64,000 nucleotides of DNA from IMG/VR virus record IMGVR_UViG_3300042922_001182, positions 62,001-126,000 of that record; one strand, given 5' to 3'. The position numbers and the translations under genes were made by a program. The notes below the pieces were generated by a model. That model ran no database searches. It was not told where the DNA came from and saw only the letters and a list, made by a program, of their open reading frames with translations. Shown here one piece after another: positions 18,419 to 26,944 of this stretch (position 1 is its first letter; each line of letters begins with the position of its first letter).

Positions 18419-19958
18419 GCAAGTTCTCTACCGCCTCGGTAGCACGCACGTCTCCACGTTCGGGTACCGCGTCGACGGCATCGGCCAGATCCTGGCGTTC
18501 TACGCCAAGGGACTGGACTCCAGCGGCGCGGTGGGCAACCAGCCCCTCGGTTACCTGTACGAGAAGCTGGACCCCGAGGTCAAGCTCTCCTCTATCCTGT
18601 TCGGCCGCTGCGACCCCTCCTTCACCGAGGAGAACGTCTACGAGGACGTGGTCAACGAGGGGCGAAAGCTGGCCTTCCTCCTGAACCCGTCGACCCGCCT
18701 CGCGGAGGCCCTGGCCTCGCTAGGGATCATCTACCTCAGCGAGGCCGACATGAGGTGGAAGTTCCCCAGGGGGAACTGGACCGACTGGTTCGTGGCGGAC
18801 ATCGCCCTGTGGAGCCCCATCCTCGACAAGCTGGAGGCGGACGAAGAGAAAACCATCTGCTTCAACTTCTCCTACGAGGGGGTCAATCACCGGGGGGAGG
18901 ACGGCTGGAGGTCCGCGATCCTCCACAGGGAGGCCCTCATCGAGCTCGCCACCAAGCACATCCGCTCCACCCTCCTCCAGGCAGCTGTGTGGGCCATGAG
19001 CGAAGGCACGTTCTCCGTCGCTGAGGAAGAGACGGCGGAACCCGCCAAGGAAGAGGAGGTCGAGGTGACGCTCTCACACGTCACTATCAGCCGAGCCATC
19101 GGGCTGCGGTACGCTGGTCGCTACCCCTCTGCATCGGACGCCCCCGCCCTTGTGATGCTACCGGGTGCCAACCGGCAGATCGTGTTCTCGCTGAGCTCCG
19201 TCCGGGAGGCCTTCTCCGACCCGCGAGGTCTCTGCAACGAGAGGATCTTCCGTCAGGTCCTCCGAGCAGGGATCATCGTCGACTTCCTCAGCAATGCCTT
19301 GTACGACGTTGAGGAGCTCGTCAAGGCAGAGGGGGCCGTGGTCGACGACCCCGAGGCGGGTGTGAAGGACGTCTTCGTCCTGGACTGCGCGTCCAGCGAG
19401 GACGAGCTCCACAACAACATGGTGGGCGTCATCACCGAGCTCGCCAGGGTGCGTCCCCGTGGCGCCACCCTGGACGATCCACCGGACGGCATCATCCGCT
19501 CCGACGACCCCGTGCCGGAGGACTTCTACGAGGAGTGGACCAGTGGGAGCACCCCCAGGAAGGCGCTCGCCGACTTCACCAGCCTTCTCCGGGATGACTG
19601 GGCCGAGAAGGAGCAGCCCTGCGGGTACGTCGATAGCTCCCTCGTGGAGGCGGCCCTGTCCAGGCAGGCTCTGTGGTACAGCGACGAGCCCATCACGAGG
19701 GAGATGTGCGAGGACCCTCGTGACTGGGACGAGATGCTCCGCCGGAACGAAACGAGGAAATCGGGAGACTACATCTCCTTCTGGTTCTCCATCGAGTTCA
19801 AGATGGTCTACCTCACCGCCGAGGCCTACCGGGCTTGGAGGCTGGGCGAGGTCGTGTTCGGCAACTTCCCCACGTTCACCGTCGAGGAGGCCGAGTCGAT
19901 CTACGAGCAGCGCTCCGGGGAGGCCGAGCTGGCCGACCGGGCAGAGGGCGAGGAGTAG
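18408..19958 (+). CDS. Acidic hypothetical protein, 516 aa
   Basis: AAGGGAG RBS, long ORF. Confidence 0.75.
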   Translation: MTDKQVLYRLGSTHVSTFGYRVDGIGQILAFYAKGLDSSGAVGNQPLGYLYEKLDPEVKLSSILFGRCDPSFTEENVYEDVVNEGRKLAFLLNPSTRLAEALASLGIIYLSEADMRWKFPRGNWTDWFVADIALWSPILDKLEADEEKTICFNFSYEGVNHRGEDGWRSAILHREALIELATKHIRSTLLQAAVWAMSEGTFSVAEEETAEPAKEEEVEVTLSHVTISRAIGLRYAGRYPSASDAPALVMLPGANRQIVFSLSSVREAFSDPRGLCNERIFRQVLRAGIIVDFLSNALYDVEELVKAEGAVVDDPEAGVKDVFVLDCASSEDELHNNMVGVITELARVRPRGATLDDPPDGIIRSDDPVPEDFYEEWTSGSTPRKALADFTSLLRDDWAEKEQPCGYVDSSLVEAALSRQALWYSDEPITREMCEDPRDWDEMLRRNETRKSGDYISFWFSIEFKMVYLTAEAYRAWRLGEVVFGNFPTFTVEEAESIYEQRSGEAELADRAEGEE

Positions 19959-19961
19959 GCC

Positions 19962-20651
19962 GTGGGCAGGGCCTTCTTCGCCTCCGAGGAGGACTGGGAC
20001 AGGATCCGCATAGCCCTCAAGGTGAAGAAGGTCGCCCACGGCATCCTGGCATGGCACCGGGAGCAAGGCAGGCATCACCTGCCTTGGCGGACGGAGAGGA
20101 CCCCCTACAGGGTCCTCACCTCCGAGTTCTTCCTGGGGAGGACGAGGGCCGAGCAGGTGGCCCCCGTCTTCCTCGCCATCCAGGAGAGATGGGCGGACCT
20201 TTCTTCTTTGGCCGCAGCCGACGCGGACGAGCTGAGGGAGGTGATACGACCGCTGGGGCTCATCGGAAGGGCCGACAGGCTGATCGCCACCGCCAACATG
20301 CTCCTGGAGCACCACGGCGGGATACCCGAGACCTGGCAGGAGCTCATCCAGTTCCCGGGTATGGGGCCCTACATCTCGGCGGCCACGGCCTGCTTCGCCT
20401 TCGGGCAGGAGGTCACCATCATCGACGCCAACGTCCTCAGGGTGTACCAGAGGATCTACGCGTCGGACCTGGAGGACGGGACGGTCACCCTGGGCTACCT
20501 GATCGAGGCCCACCCCCTCTACGCCCCGAGCTACGACGAGTGGAACTACGCCATCATCGACTTCGGCGGCCTGGTGTGCAAGGCCCGGGGTGCCAAGCAC
20601 GACCTGTGCCCCCTCACCGATGTCTGCGACCACTTCCAGATTAACCAGTGA
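19962..20651 (+). CDS. HhH-GPD DNA glycosylase (MIG T:G/U:G-mismatch-like rather than full MutY)
   Basis: LPWR...PYRVLTSE..L.RT, HhH LIQFPGMGPY, DANVLRV, Fe-S loop C-X6-H-X2-C-X5-C; no C-terminal 8-oxoG domain. Confidence 0.85.
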   Translation: MGRAFFASEEDWDRIRIALKVKKVAHGILAWHREQGRHHLPWRTERTPYRVLTSEFFLGRTRAEQVAPVFLAIQERWADLSSLAAADADELREVIRPLGLIGRADRLIATANMLLEHHGGIPETWQELIQFPGMGPYISAATACFAFGQEVTIIDANVLRVYQRIYASDLEDGTVTLGYLIEAHPLYAPSYDEWNYAIIDFGGLVCKARGAKHDLCPLTDVCDHFQINQ

Positions 20652-20662
20652 GGGGGCCTGCG

Positions 20663-20674
20663 AACAAACCCCTA
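20663..20674 (+). promoter_or_regulatory. Late-type promoter AACA-aacccc-TA
   Basis: Exact motif about 30 nt before ATG20706. Confidence 0.55.
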
Positions 20675-20705
20675 AGCAACGCAACTCGAACACAAGGAGA
20701 CCCGT

Positions 20706-21125
20706 ATGGAACTCAAGCGTGATAAGATCATCCTCCTGGAGCTCGACGAGAACGAGCTGACGGAGGTCGACAAGAAGAACGGCGTGCAGAAGGGCAAGGG
20801 CTATCGGGTCCACGCCGTGTACGACGGCAGCAGCAACCCGATCGCCACCTACGACGGCAAGCTGAACCGGACCGACCTGGACGCCCTGGAGAAGCTCCCC
20901 GAGGACACCGTCGTCGTCCTGGTGAGCGGTGTCCGGAACCCCGACCCCGACCCGTTCGTCTGGAGGCGCTACTCGCTCTCCGGCAGCTTCATCAAGAACG
21001 ACGGCGGTCAGATCCAGTTCGCCGGTCTGGTCAACGGTCGCGAGTGCGACGAGGCCGAGACCGCGTACCTGGACTTCGTCTTCCCCCGTTACCGCGCTCG
21101 GGCCTTCGCCCCCGCCAAGAGCTAG
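20706..21125 (+). CDS. Hypothetical protein
   Basis: AAGGAG RBS. Confidence 0.75.
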   Translation: MELKRDKIILLELDENELTEVDKKNGVQKGKGYRVHAVYDGSSNPIATYDGKLNRTDLDALEKLPEDTVVVLVSGVRNPDPDPFVWRRYSLSGSFIKNDGGQIQFAGLVNGRECDEAETAYLDFVFPRYRARAFAPAKS

Positions 21126-21131
21126 CCAAGT

Positions 21132-21200
21132 GCCCCATCCCTCGCCTGAGGGATGGGGCAAATGAAGAGAGCGATGGGCCGCTCGGGTCCATCGCTCTCT
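21132..21200. terminator. Two hairpins between convergent genes
   Basis: GCCCCATCCCTC/GAGGGATGGGGC and AGAGAGCGATGG/CCATCGCTCTCT. Confidence 0.55.
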
Positions 21201-21214
21201 GGTCTTGTTGTAGC

Positions 21215-21517
21215 TTACGCCTTCGCGGCGGGCTCGGCCTTGCGGCCGTTGACTTCGTCCTTCAGGCCCTTACCGGCCGAGAAGTACACCTGCTTGTGGG
21301 CGGCGATGTCGATCGCCTCGCCGGTGCGGGGGTTGTGGCCCTTCTTGGCTTCCACGTCGCGGGTCTTCAGGGTGCCGAAGTTGGTCAGCACGACGGTGCC
21401 GTCCTTCTGGAGGCCCGTGGTCAGACCCTTCAGGAGGCTGTCGACCACCAGGCCGGCGTCCTTCTTGGTCATGCTCAGGTCATCGGCGACGAAATCCACG
21501 AGATCGGTCTTGGTCAT
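21215..21517 (-). CDS. hup: HU family DNA-binding protein
   Basis: MTKTDLVDFVA...FGT...GHNPRTGEAIDI...FSAGKGLKD. Confidence 0.93.
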   Translation of the reverse strand: MTKTDLVDFVADDLSMTKKDAGLVVDSLLKGLTTGLQKDGTVVLTNFGTLKTRDVEAKKGHNPRTGEAIDIAAHKQVYFSAGKGLKDEVNGRKAEPAAKA

Positions 21518-21557
21518 TGTCTTTCTTCCTTTCGTTTGGCCCATAAGGGCACAGCTC

Positions 21558-21571
21558 AACATCGAATTGTT
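21558..21571. promoter_or_regulatory. Quasi-palindrome matching AACA-N6-TG on both strands
   Basis: CAACATCGAATTGTTG; the minus copy points to HU and the plus copy towards RNAP beta-N. Confidence 0.5.
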
Positions 21572-21709
21572 GTGTGGCGGGGGGTGGAAAACCCCCACCG
21601 CAGCGAGGGGCCGGGGATTAAGTCCTTACTACTGCGCCGTGATGGAAGCAAATATGATGGAGATGTCATTCGGCGCTCCGGCTTTTTGCCTGGCTCTGGG
21701 TCCCAAAGC

Positions 21710-21738
21710 GTTTGGGCCCGTTCAACTTCGGGTATAAT
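21710..21738 (+). promoter_or_regulatory. GTTTG-N15-GGGTATAAT element (SigB/SigF-like; overlaps a perfect TATAAT)
   Basis: Same geometry as 11514-11542. Confidence 0.5.
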
Positions 21739-21806
21739 GGAAATGCGGGGGCGCCCCCGCGAGAGGCCCAATCGGGCCGGAGGAACATGAAAGAGGTACC
21801 AAACGG

Positions 21807-23225
21807 ATGAAGAAATTCCTGAGCGAATTCTCTCCCGGTGAGCCCTTCAACGAGGAGTTCATCTTCGCCAAGGACAACGACGACGTGCTTGCCTACGTGG
21901 ACGACGTGGCGGCCACCCTCAACGTGATCGAGGGCGTCGAATACCTGGGGAGCGAGCTGATCGCCGACGAGACGGAGCTACGGCCCCGTCAGGAGGACGG
22001 CAAGCAGTGGATGAGCCTCGACGAGAGCCGCCTCGACATCATTAGGATGCAGTGGCGTATCACGAAGGGGGAGGAAACCGAGGTGATCACCCAGGAGGTG
22101 CTCTACCCCAAGCTCATCGACCACCACTACTACCTGATCAACGGGGTGAAGTGCTACCCCATCTACCAGATCGTGGACTCGGAGTGCTTCAAGACCTCCA
22201 GGTCGGTGACGCTCAAGACGATGGTCATGCCCATCATCCTGCGCCACGAGCCGGAGGAGTTCGAGGACATGGAGGGGAACGTCTACAACGCCCACTCCTA
22301 CAAGCTCCACCTGTTCCACTACAAGATCAACTACCTGCTCTACTACCTCTCCAAGAAGGGGTTCGAGCAGACCATCGAGTACATGGGCTGGGACGCCTAC
22401 CACCTGGGGCTGCTGGACGCCGAAGAGGCGAGCGGCATCGACCAGGAGGTCTACCGCCTGTTCAAGGTCTCCGGGACCAGCGTGCTGTACGCCTCCAAGG
22501 AGATGCTGCAGGACCGCAACGGGCTCGACATGGTGGCGTCGCTGCTGGACGTGCTGGAGGGCAAGACCCGCCCCGAGAAGGCGGCGGAGATCGAGTACTG
22601 GAAGCGCAAGCTCGGCTCGGTGTTCACCAAGAACACCGTCAACTACGTCGAGAAGGCCGAGAGCATCAGCATCTCCTTCGAGCGCATCATCGGAAGCCGC
22701 GAGCACAAGGTGCTCCGGATCGACGACGAGGACAAGAAGGACACCTACAGCGTCGTGCGCTGGATGGTGAGGAACTACGAGGAGCTGCACCGCCAGGACA
22801 ACATGGACCTGCGCCACAAGCGCATCCGCCTGCACGAGTACCAGCTCTACCCGCTCCTGACTAAGCTGTCGACCGGCCTGTACCGGGCCCTCAACACCAA
22901 GGACCCCAAGTTCAACGACCTGAAGCAGATCCTGCGCGTCGGCCCCGGCCACGTCATCAAGCGCCTGCTCAACAACGACCTGCTGCGGTACAGCAGCGCC
23001 GTCAACGGCATGGACCTCTTCAACAGCGCGTTGAAGTTCTCCTTCCGTGGCCCGCAATCGCTGGCCGACGGCGGTAAGACGATCTCGACCAAGTACCGGG
23101 GCATCCACCCCAGCTACATCGGTCGGATCGCGCTCAACACCAGCTCGAACGGCGACCCCGGCATGGGTGGCACGTTCTGCCCGTTCATCCAGCCCCACGG
23201 CCAGTACTTCACCAAGGAGAGATAA
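21807..23225 (+). CDS. RNA polymerase beta subunit, N-terminal half (probably non-virion RNAP)
   Basis: YPKL....YYLINGVK..PIYQI, DNMDLRHKRIR..E, and KFSFRGP...YRGIHPSYIGRI....SSNGDPG match RpoB (R.VHPTHYGR.CP..TPEG...G). Confidence 0.88.
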   Translation: MKKFLSEFSPGEPFNEEFIFAKDNDDVLAYVDDVAATLNVIEGVEYLGSELIADETELRPRQEDGKQWMSLDESRLDIIRMQWRITKGEETEVITQEVLYPKLIDHHYYLINGVKCYPIYQIVDSECFKTSRSVTLKTMVMPIILRHEPEEFEDMEGNVYNAHSYKLHLFHYKINYLLYYLSKKGFEQTIEYMGWDAYHLGLLDAEEASGIDQEVYRLFKVSGTSVLYASKEMLQDRNGLDMVASLLDVLEGKTRPEKAAEIEYWKRKLGSVFTKNTVNYVEKAESISISFERIIGSREHKVLRIDDEDKKDTYSVVRWMVRNYEELHRQDNMDLRHKRIRLHEYQLYPLLTKLSTGLYRALNTKDPKFNDLKQILRVGPGHVIKRLLNNDLLRYSSAVNGMDLFNSALKFSFRGPQSLADGGKTISTKYRGIHPSYIGRIALNTSSNGDPGMGGTFCPFIQPHGQYFTKER

Positions 23226-23227
23226 GG

Positions 23228-23620
23228 GTGCCCGCTTCCACTTTGACTTCCCCCGCCAAGAAGACCCGCGTCAAGGGTCCCCGACCCACGCCGGGTCAGA
23301 ACAAGCGTCGCGGCGAGTTCCTCACCTCGGTCCAGAAGGACTGCGTCGAGCGCATGGGCCAGTGCAACGGCTGCCCCAACAACATCATGTCCTCCACCCC
23401 CTGCATGGTCAGGTTCTCCGCTGCGGTGAGGGACACCGTCGGCGCCACCGCCGAGCAGGAGAGGGCGGCCAAGAGCACCCAGAAGTACATGGAGAACAAC
23501 CCTGCCAGGCGGAATGTTACCTGCCCGAAGTGCAGCAGGTCGTGGACCACGACCCGTGCGCTTGCGGAGGTCTGCCCCGACTGCGTCAAGGATATCCGTC
23601 TGTTGAGCGGGAGGAAATAG
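23228..23620 (+). CDS. Cys-rich putative Zn-binding protein
   Basis: C..C pairs (CNGC, CPKC, CPDC). Confidence 0.65.
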   Translation: MPASTLTSPAKKTRVKGPRPTPGQNKRRGEFLTSVQKDCVERMGQCNGCPNNIMSSTPCMVRFSAAVRDTVGATAEQERAAKSTQKYMENNPARRNVTCPKCSRSWTTTRALAEVCPDCVKDIRLLSGRK

Positions 23621-23621
23621 A

Positions 23622-23927
23622 ATGTCAACGCAACTAGTCGCTGCCTTCTCGCAGCTGCCCACCGTCACCCAGGTCTCCCTCGTCCTCACGACGGGGGCGG
23701 TCGTCCTGCTCGCCCTGCTGATCGTCCTGGCCCTGGTCCTGAAGTCGATCGCCAAGGACGCCACCCTGCGCGAGCAGGCCAGCGCCGGGATCGACATCGC
23801 CCAGTCCGTCCTCATGGTCGCCAACGGGGCTGCGGCCGAGGAGCTGGAGGCCCGCAGCAGGGTCCCCGCTAGGAGGAAGATCGCGGTCTTCCCCGGGAAG
23901 GAAGGGAACGATGAAGAGACGACCTGA
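23622..23927 (+). CDS. Small membrane protein
   Basis: N-terminal TM helix; GGAGG RBS. Confidence 0.65.
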   Translation: MSTQLVAAFSQLPTVTQVSLVLTTGAVVLLALLIVLALVLKSIAKDATLREQASAGIDIAQSVLMVANGAAAEELEARSRVPARRKIAVFPGKEGNDEETT

Positions 23928-24252
23928 GACGCTTCTCATGCGGTTCACCCTCCGCCTCGGCCGGTGGAAGGGGGTCCGCGTCTACAAGCTCCTCTACATC
24001 GTGGACGCCGACAGGGTGATCTACCGGCGGGAGGAGCCGTCCTTCCTCCCCTTCCTCACCCGGGTCGAGGAGGAGCAGTTCAAGACCAACCGGGACTCCT
24101 CCGTCCGCATCTTCCGGCAGATAAGGGACCGCCTGGAGGAGTGCGGCTTCGACGTCTCGATGATCGAGGACCTACGACCCGAGTTCTTCGACGAGCCGGT
24201 CGAGGAGGCCAGCGTCGTTAGCAAGAAGCCCAAGGGGTTCCTCCTCCCGTAG
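23911..24252 (+). CDS. Hypothetical protein
   Basis: Overlapping ORF with codon bias. Confidence 0.65.
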   Translation: MKRRPETLLMRFTLRLGRWKGVRVYKLLYIVDADRVIYRREEPSFLPFLTRVEEEQFKTNRDSSVRIFRQIRDRLEECGFDVSMIEDLRPEFFDEPVEEASVVSKKPKGFLLP

Positions 24253-24259
24253 CAACGAG

Positions 24260-24297
24260 AAGAACGGAAACGGCACGCGCCGTTTCCGTTCTTTTTT
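24260..24297. terminator. Bidirectional intrinsic terminator
   Basis: 14-bp stem AGAACGGAAACGGC/GCCGTTTCCGTTCT plus T-run between convergent genes. Confidence 0.75.
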
Positions 24298-24994
24298 ATC
24301 CGATGTAGAGCTTCCTGACCTTGGGGGTCCTGAGGACGTTCCCCCGCCACCGCTCCAAGAGCTCGTCCCTCTTGCTCTCGGCGTCCGAGTAGGAGTCGAG
24401 GTTGAGGTCGATGCTCCCGAAGGGGGAGTTGATGCTGGCGAACTTGGACCTGACCTGGTAGATGGCGTCCTTCACGTCGAGGACGCAAAGCTTCAGGAAC
24501 TCCTCTCGCATGTTCTCGGGGATGGTCGCCATGTGGCTGGGGTGGTGGACCTTCACCTCGAACAGGATGGTCCCGGGCGCCAGGACCTTCGGATGGATTT
24601 CCACCTGGTTGGGGGCGTGCCACTCGAACGTCAGCGGGTGCTCGTTGAACGACCCCAGGTCCGCCATCATCTGGCGGGTGAAGGGGTCCTCCGTAGCGTA
24701 GGCCGGGTTCGGGGTGAGGCCGCCCATGCCGCTGGTGTAGTCGGTCAGCATCTTGGCCACGCCGACCACGCGGAGATCCGTCTTCAGGTAGTAGAGGCCC
24801 TGCCGACCCGGCACGGCATCGGCCACCGTGTCCACCGTCAGGCGGATCCGGTGGGGGAAGTAGGTGCTGAAGGTCGGGATGCTGACCTGCTTCACGATGT
24901 CCAGCAGGGAGCCAGTGGCGAGCTCGATCAGGTTGCTGGACGCGCCGATCTTGAGCTCGATGTACCTCAGGACGTCGGTGGGACTCAGGGACAT
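24296..24994 (-). CDS. Neck/head-completion protein (T4 gp13-like)
   Basis: N-terminal LRYIELKIGA...IEL and C-terminal KFASINSPFGSIDLN...AESKRDELLE resemble gp13 termini; adjacent to the protease. Confidence 0.55.
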   Translation of the reverse strand: MSLSPTDVLRYIELKIGASSNLIELATGSLLDIVKQVSIPTFSTYFPHRIRLTVDTVADAVPGRQGLYYLKTDLRVVGVAKMLTDYTSGMGGLTPNPAYATEDPFTRQMMADLGSFNEHPLTFEWHAPNQVEIHPKVLAPGTILFEVKVHHPSHMATIPENMREEFLKLCVLDVKDAIYQVRSKFASINSPFGSIDLNLDSYSDAESKRDELLERWRGNVLRTPKVRKLYIG

Positions 24995-24997
24995 AGA

Positions 24998-25819
24998 CTA
25001 CCTCCCACCGAGCAAGAAGCCGCGCAGCTCCTTCTGGATGTGCTCCTCGACGCGCACGTTGGCCGTGACGTTCTGGCCGTCCGTGATGGTGACGAAGCGG
25101 CAGTCCTCCGACAGCTTCGCGCCGAAGGTGGGGATCTCGAACTGGTCCGAGATGTCCCGGAGGTTCTGGCTGCTGCTCTTGATGAAGTCCATGACGGCGC
25201 TCTCCATCACGGGGATGATGAGGCCCTCGGTCATGATCTTCTTGTCGAAGGCGTCGTACAGGCTGGAGCCCTCGTTGAGGGTCTTCTGCATGTAGGCGTT
25301 GTCGTGCGAGGGGTGGATCACCCAGTCGTACGCCAGGATGTTCAAGGGGGACTTGATCTCCAGGTAGTCCTTCTTCTGCTCGGTGATGGGGCCGATGCCG
25401 CGCATCGAGAACGCCACCTTGGAGCCCTGGCGGATCAGGCCGCCGAAGTCCTTGCCGACGGCGGTCATGGCGGACTCCACGATGCCCTTGATGACGGTGC
25501 CCTCCATCCAGGCCCTCGTCACGATGTGCGAGATCCTGGTGTGGTCGATGGAGAGCTGGCGCTGCATGTCGGAGCTGATCGGGTGACCGGCCTCGCCGTA
25601 CCAGGTCTTCGTCTTGACGCGCTCGATGACGTAGGGGGCCTTCAGCGCCTCGTTCAGGGTCTTCGAACCGTACAAGCGCTTGTTGCGATTGGCACGGTCG
25701 GCGTCCTGGAGGAACGTCTCGATGGCGACGAACTCCTTCTGCTCGCTGATGATGGTGGGCTTGTACTCCTGCTCCGCCGCCTCGGAGATGATCAGGTAGC
25801 CCTTGTTGCTGGTATCCAT
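24998..25819 (-). CDS. Prohead core protease (T4 gp21-like)
   Basis: LQDADRANRNKRLY, YGEAGHP, ISH, FSMRGIG, YDWVIHPS. Confidence 0.88.
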   Translation of the reverse strand: MDTSNKGYLIISEAAEQEYKPTIISEQKEFVAIETFLQDADRANRNKRLYGSKTLNEALKAPYVIERVKTKTWYGEAGHPISSDMQRQLSIDHTRISHIVTRAWMEGTVIKGIVESAMTAVGKDFGGLIRQGSKVAFSMRGIGPITEQKKDYLEIKSPLNILAYDWVIHPSHDNAYMQKTLNEGSSLYDAFDKKIMTEGLIIPVMESAVMDFIKSSSQNLRDISDQFEIPTFGAKLSEDCRFVTITDGQNVTANVRVEEHIQKELRGFLLGGR

Positions 25820-25854
25820 ATGCTGCCTCTCCCTTAGTCTCGCTAGATCTTCCT

Positions 25855-25866
25855 TATACTATTGTT
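25855..25866 (-). promoter_or_regulatory. Late promoter AACA-atagta-TA
   Basis: Exact motif about 35 nt upstream of the protease. Confidence 0.65.
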
Positions 25867-25899
25867 GGAGGATGAAAGCGAATCTACCGTAAACCCGTA

Positions 25900-25909
25900 C
25901 ACACATTAT
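25900..25909 (+). promoter_or_regulatory. Early-type motif variant CACACATTAT
   Basis: One mismatch to CACATATTAT; divergent from the late promoter. Confidence 0.4.
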
Positions 25910-25913
25910 CTTC

Positions 25914-26258
25914 ATGACCAAACCACTTGTTAGCAAGGAAGGAAGGAACCTTTTGCTGAAAGCTGTTGAACCCATGATCACCAAGATGATCGACATCGCG
26001 ATGGCCAACCTCGACGTCAACAACGGGTTGAGCGTCTTCAACCAGGCCTATAACCTGGTGCAGGACCTCATCCGGTTCCTCGACAGCGACCCCAGGTGGG
26101 CCGCCACCATCATCATGACGATTCGCTCCTTGACGTACAAGGGCTACGACATGAACAAGAGCCAGGCCTTCGAGGACCTCAAGACGGAGGCCTACCTCAT
26201 CCAGCAGGTACTGCACAACACCATGAGCGCCGGTCTGGCGCTGTCCCCCACCCGCTAG
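25914..26258 (+). CDS. Hypothetical protein (start may be TTG25953)
   Basis: Codon bias; AAGGAAGG RBS upstream of TTG25953. Confidence 0.65.
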   Translation: MTKPLVSKEGRNLLLKAVEPMITKMIDIAMANLDVNNGLSVFNQAYNLVQDLIRFLDSDPRWAATIIMTIRSLTYKGYDMNKSQAFEDLKTEAYLIQQVLHNTMSAGLALSPTR

Positions 26259-26276
26259 AGCAGAAGGAAGAGTCCC

Positions 26277-26348
26277 ATGATTCGCATCCAACCCCACTAC
26301 GTCATCCGTCGCAAGGGCGGCCTCATCATCCGCACCGGCGGCAAGTAG
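26277..26348 (+). CDS. 23-aa basic micropeptide MIRINPHYVIRRKGGLIIRTGGK
   Basis: GAAGGAAG RBS, mostly C/G-ending codons, followed by a terminator. Confidence 0.5.
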   Translation: MIRIQPHYVIRRKGGLIIRTGGK

Positions 26349-26355
26349 GAAGAGG

Positions 26356-26381
26356 AGAGGGGCACGCGCCCCTCTTTTTTT
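26356..26381 (+). terminator. Intrinsic terminator
   Basis: AGAGGGGC/GCCCCTCT plus T-run. Confidence 0.75.
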
Positions 26382-26442
26382 ATTAGGGGGACGCGGGCCC
26401 TCAACACCCACTTGTACGACACCCACACGCTAGGAGAGGACA

Positions 26443-26934
26443 ATGGAGAAAATCGACACCGTCAGCATCACCGCTGACCTGACCGCAATCGGCTTGGAGG
26501 AATTCGAGCGCATGGTGAAGTGGGTGAGGGAGAAGCACCCGGACGCCAGGCTCGTCCACTCTTTCCCCGAGCAGGTGAAGGGCCTCCTCTCCAAGCGGGA
26601 GAACGCCCGCAAGACCAAGACCAAGGTGAAGATCGACTTCAGCAAGGAGTCCGATAGCCCCGACGACCCCACCAGGGTGGGCCAGGTGCTTGAGCGCCAC
26701 TTCCCCATGGGTCGGCAGTTCCCCGGCGAGCTCAAGGGCCGCCAGCCCTACTTCTCCAACACCTACGGCGTGGCCTTCCGCGCCACCATGACGAACTACA
26801 TGAGGCAGACCGGTGGCACCGCCTACTTCGTCAGCCCCTTCGACAGCTCCCCCGACTGCCTGGACGAGTTCTCCCGACTTGAAGCCGCTGGCGTCAAGGT
26901 CCAGGTGATCGTGCCGGGGCTCATCCCCCAATAG
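26443..26934 (+). CDS. Hypothetical protein
   Basis: GAGGA RBS. Confidence 0.7.
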   Translation: MEKIDTVSITADLTAIGLEEFERMVKWVREKHPDARLVHSFPEQVKGLLSKRENARKTKTKVKIDFSKESDSPDDPTRVGQVLERHFPMGRQFPGELKGRQPYFSNTYGVAFRATMTNYMRQTGGTAYFVSPFDSSPDCLDEFSRLEAAGVKVQVIVPGLIPQ

Positions 26935-26944
26935 GAGACAGACA

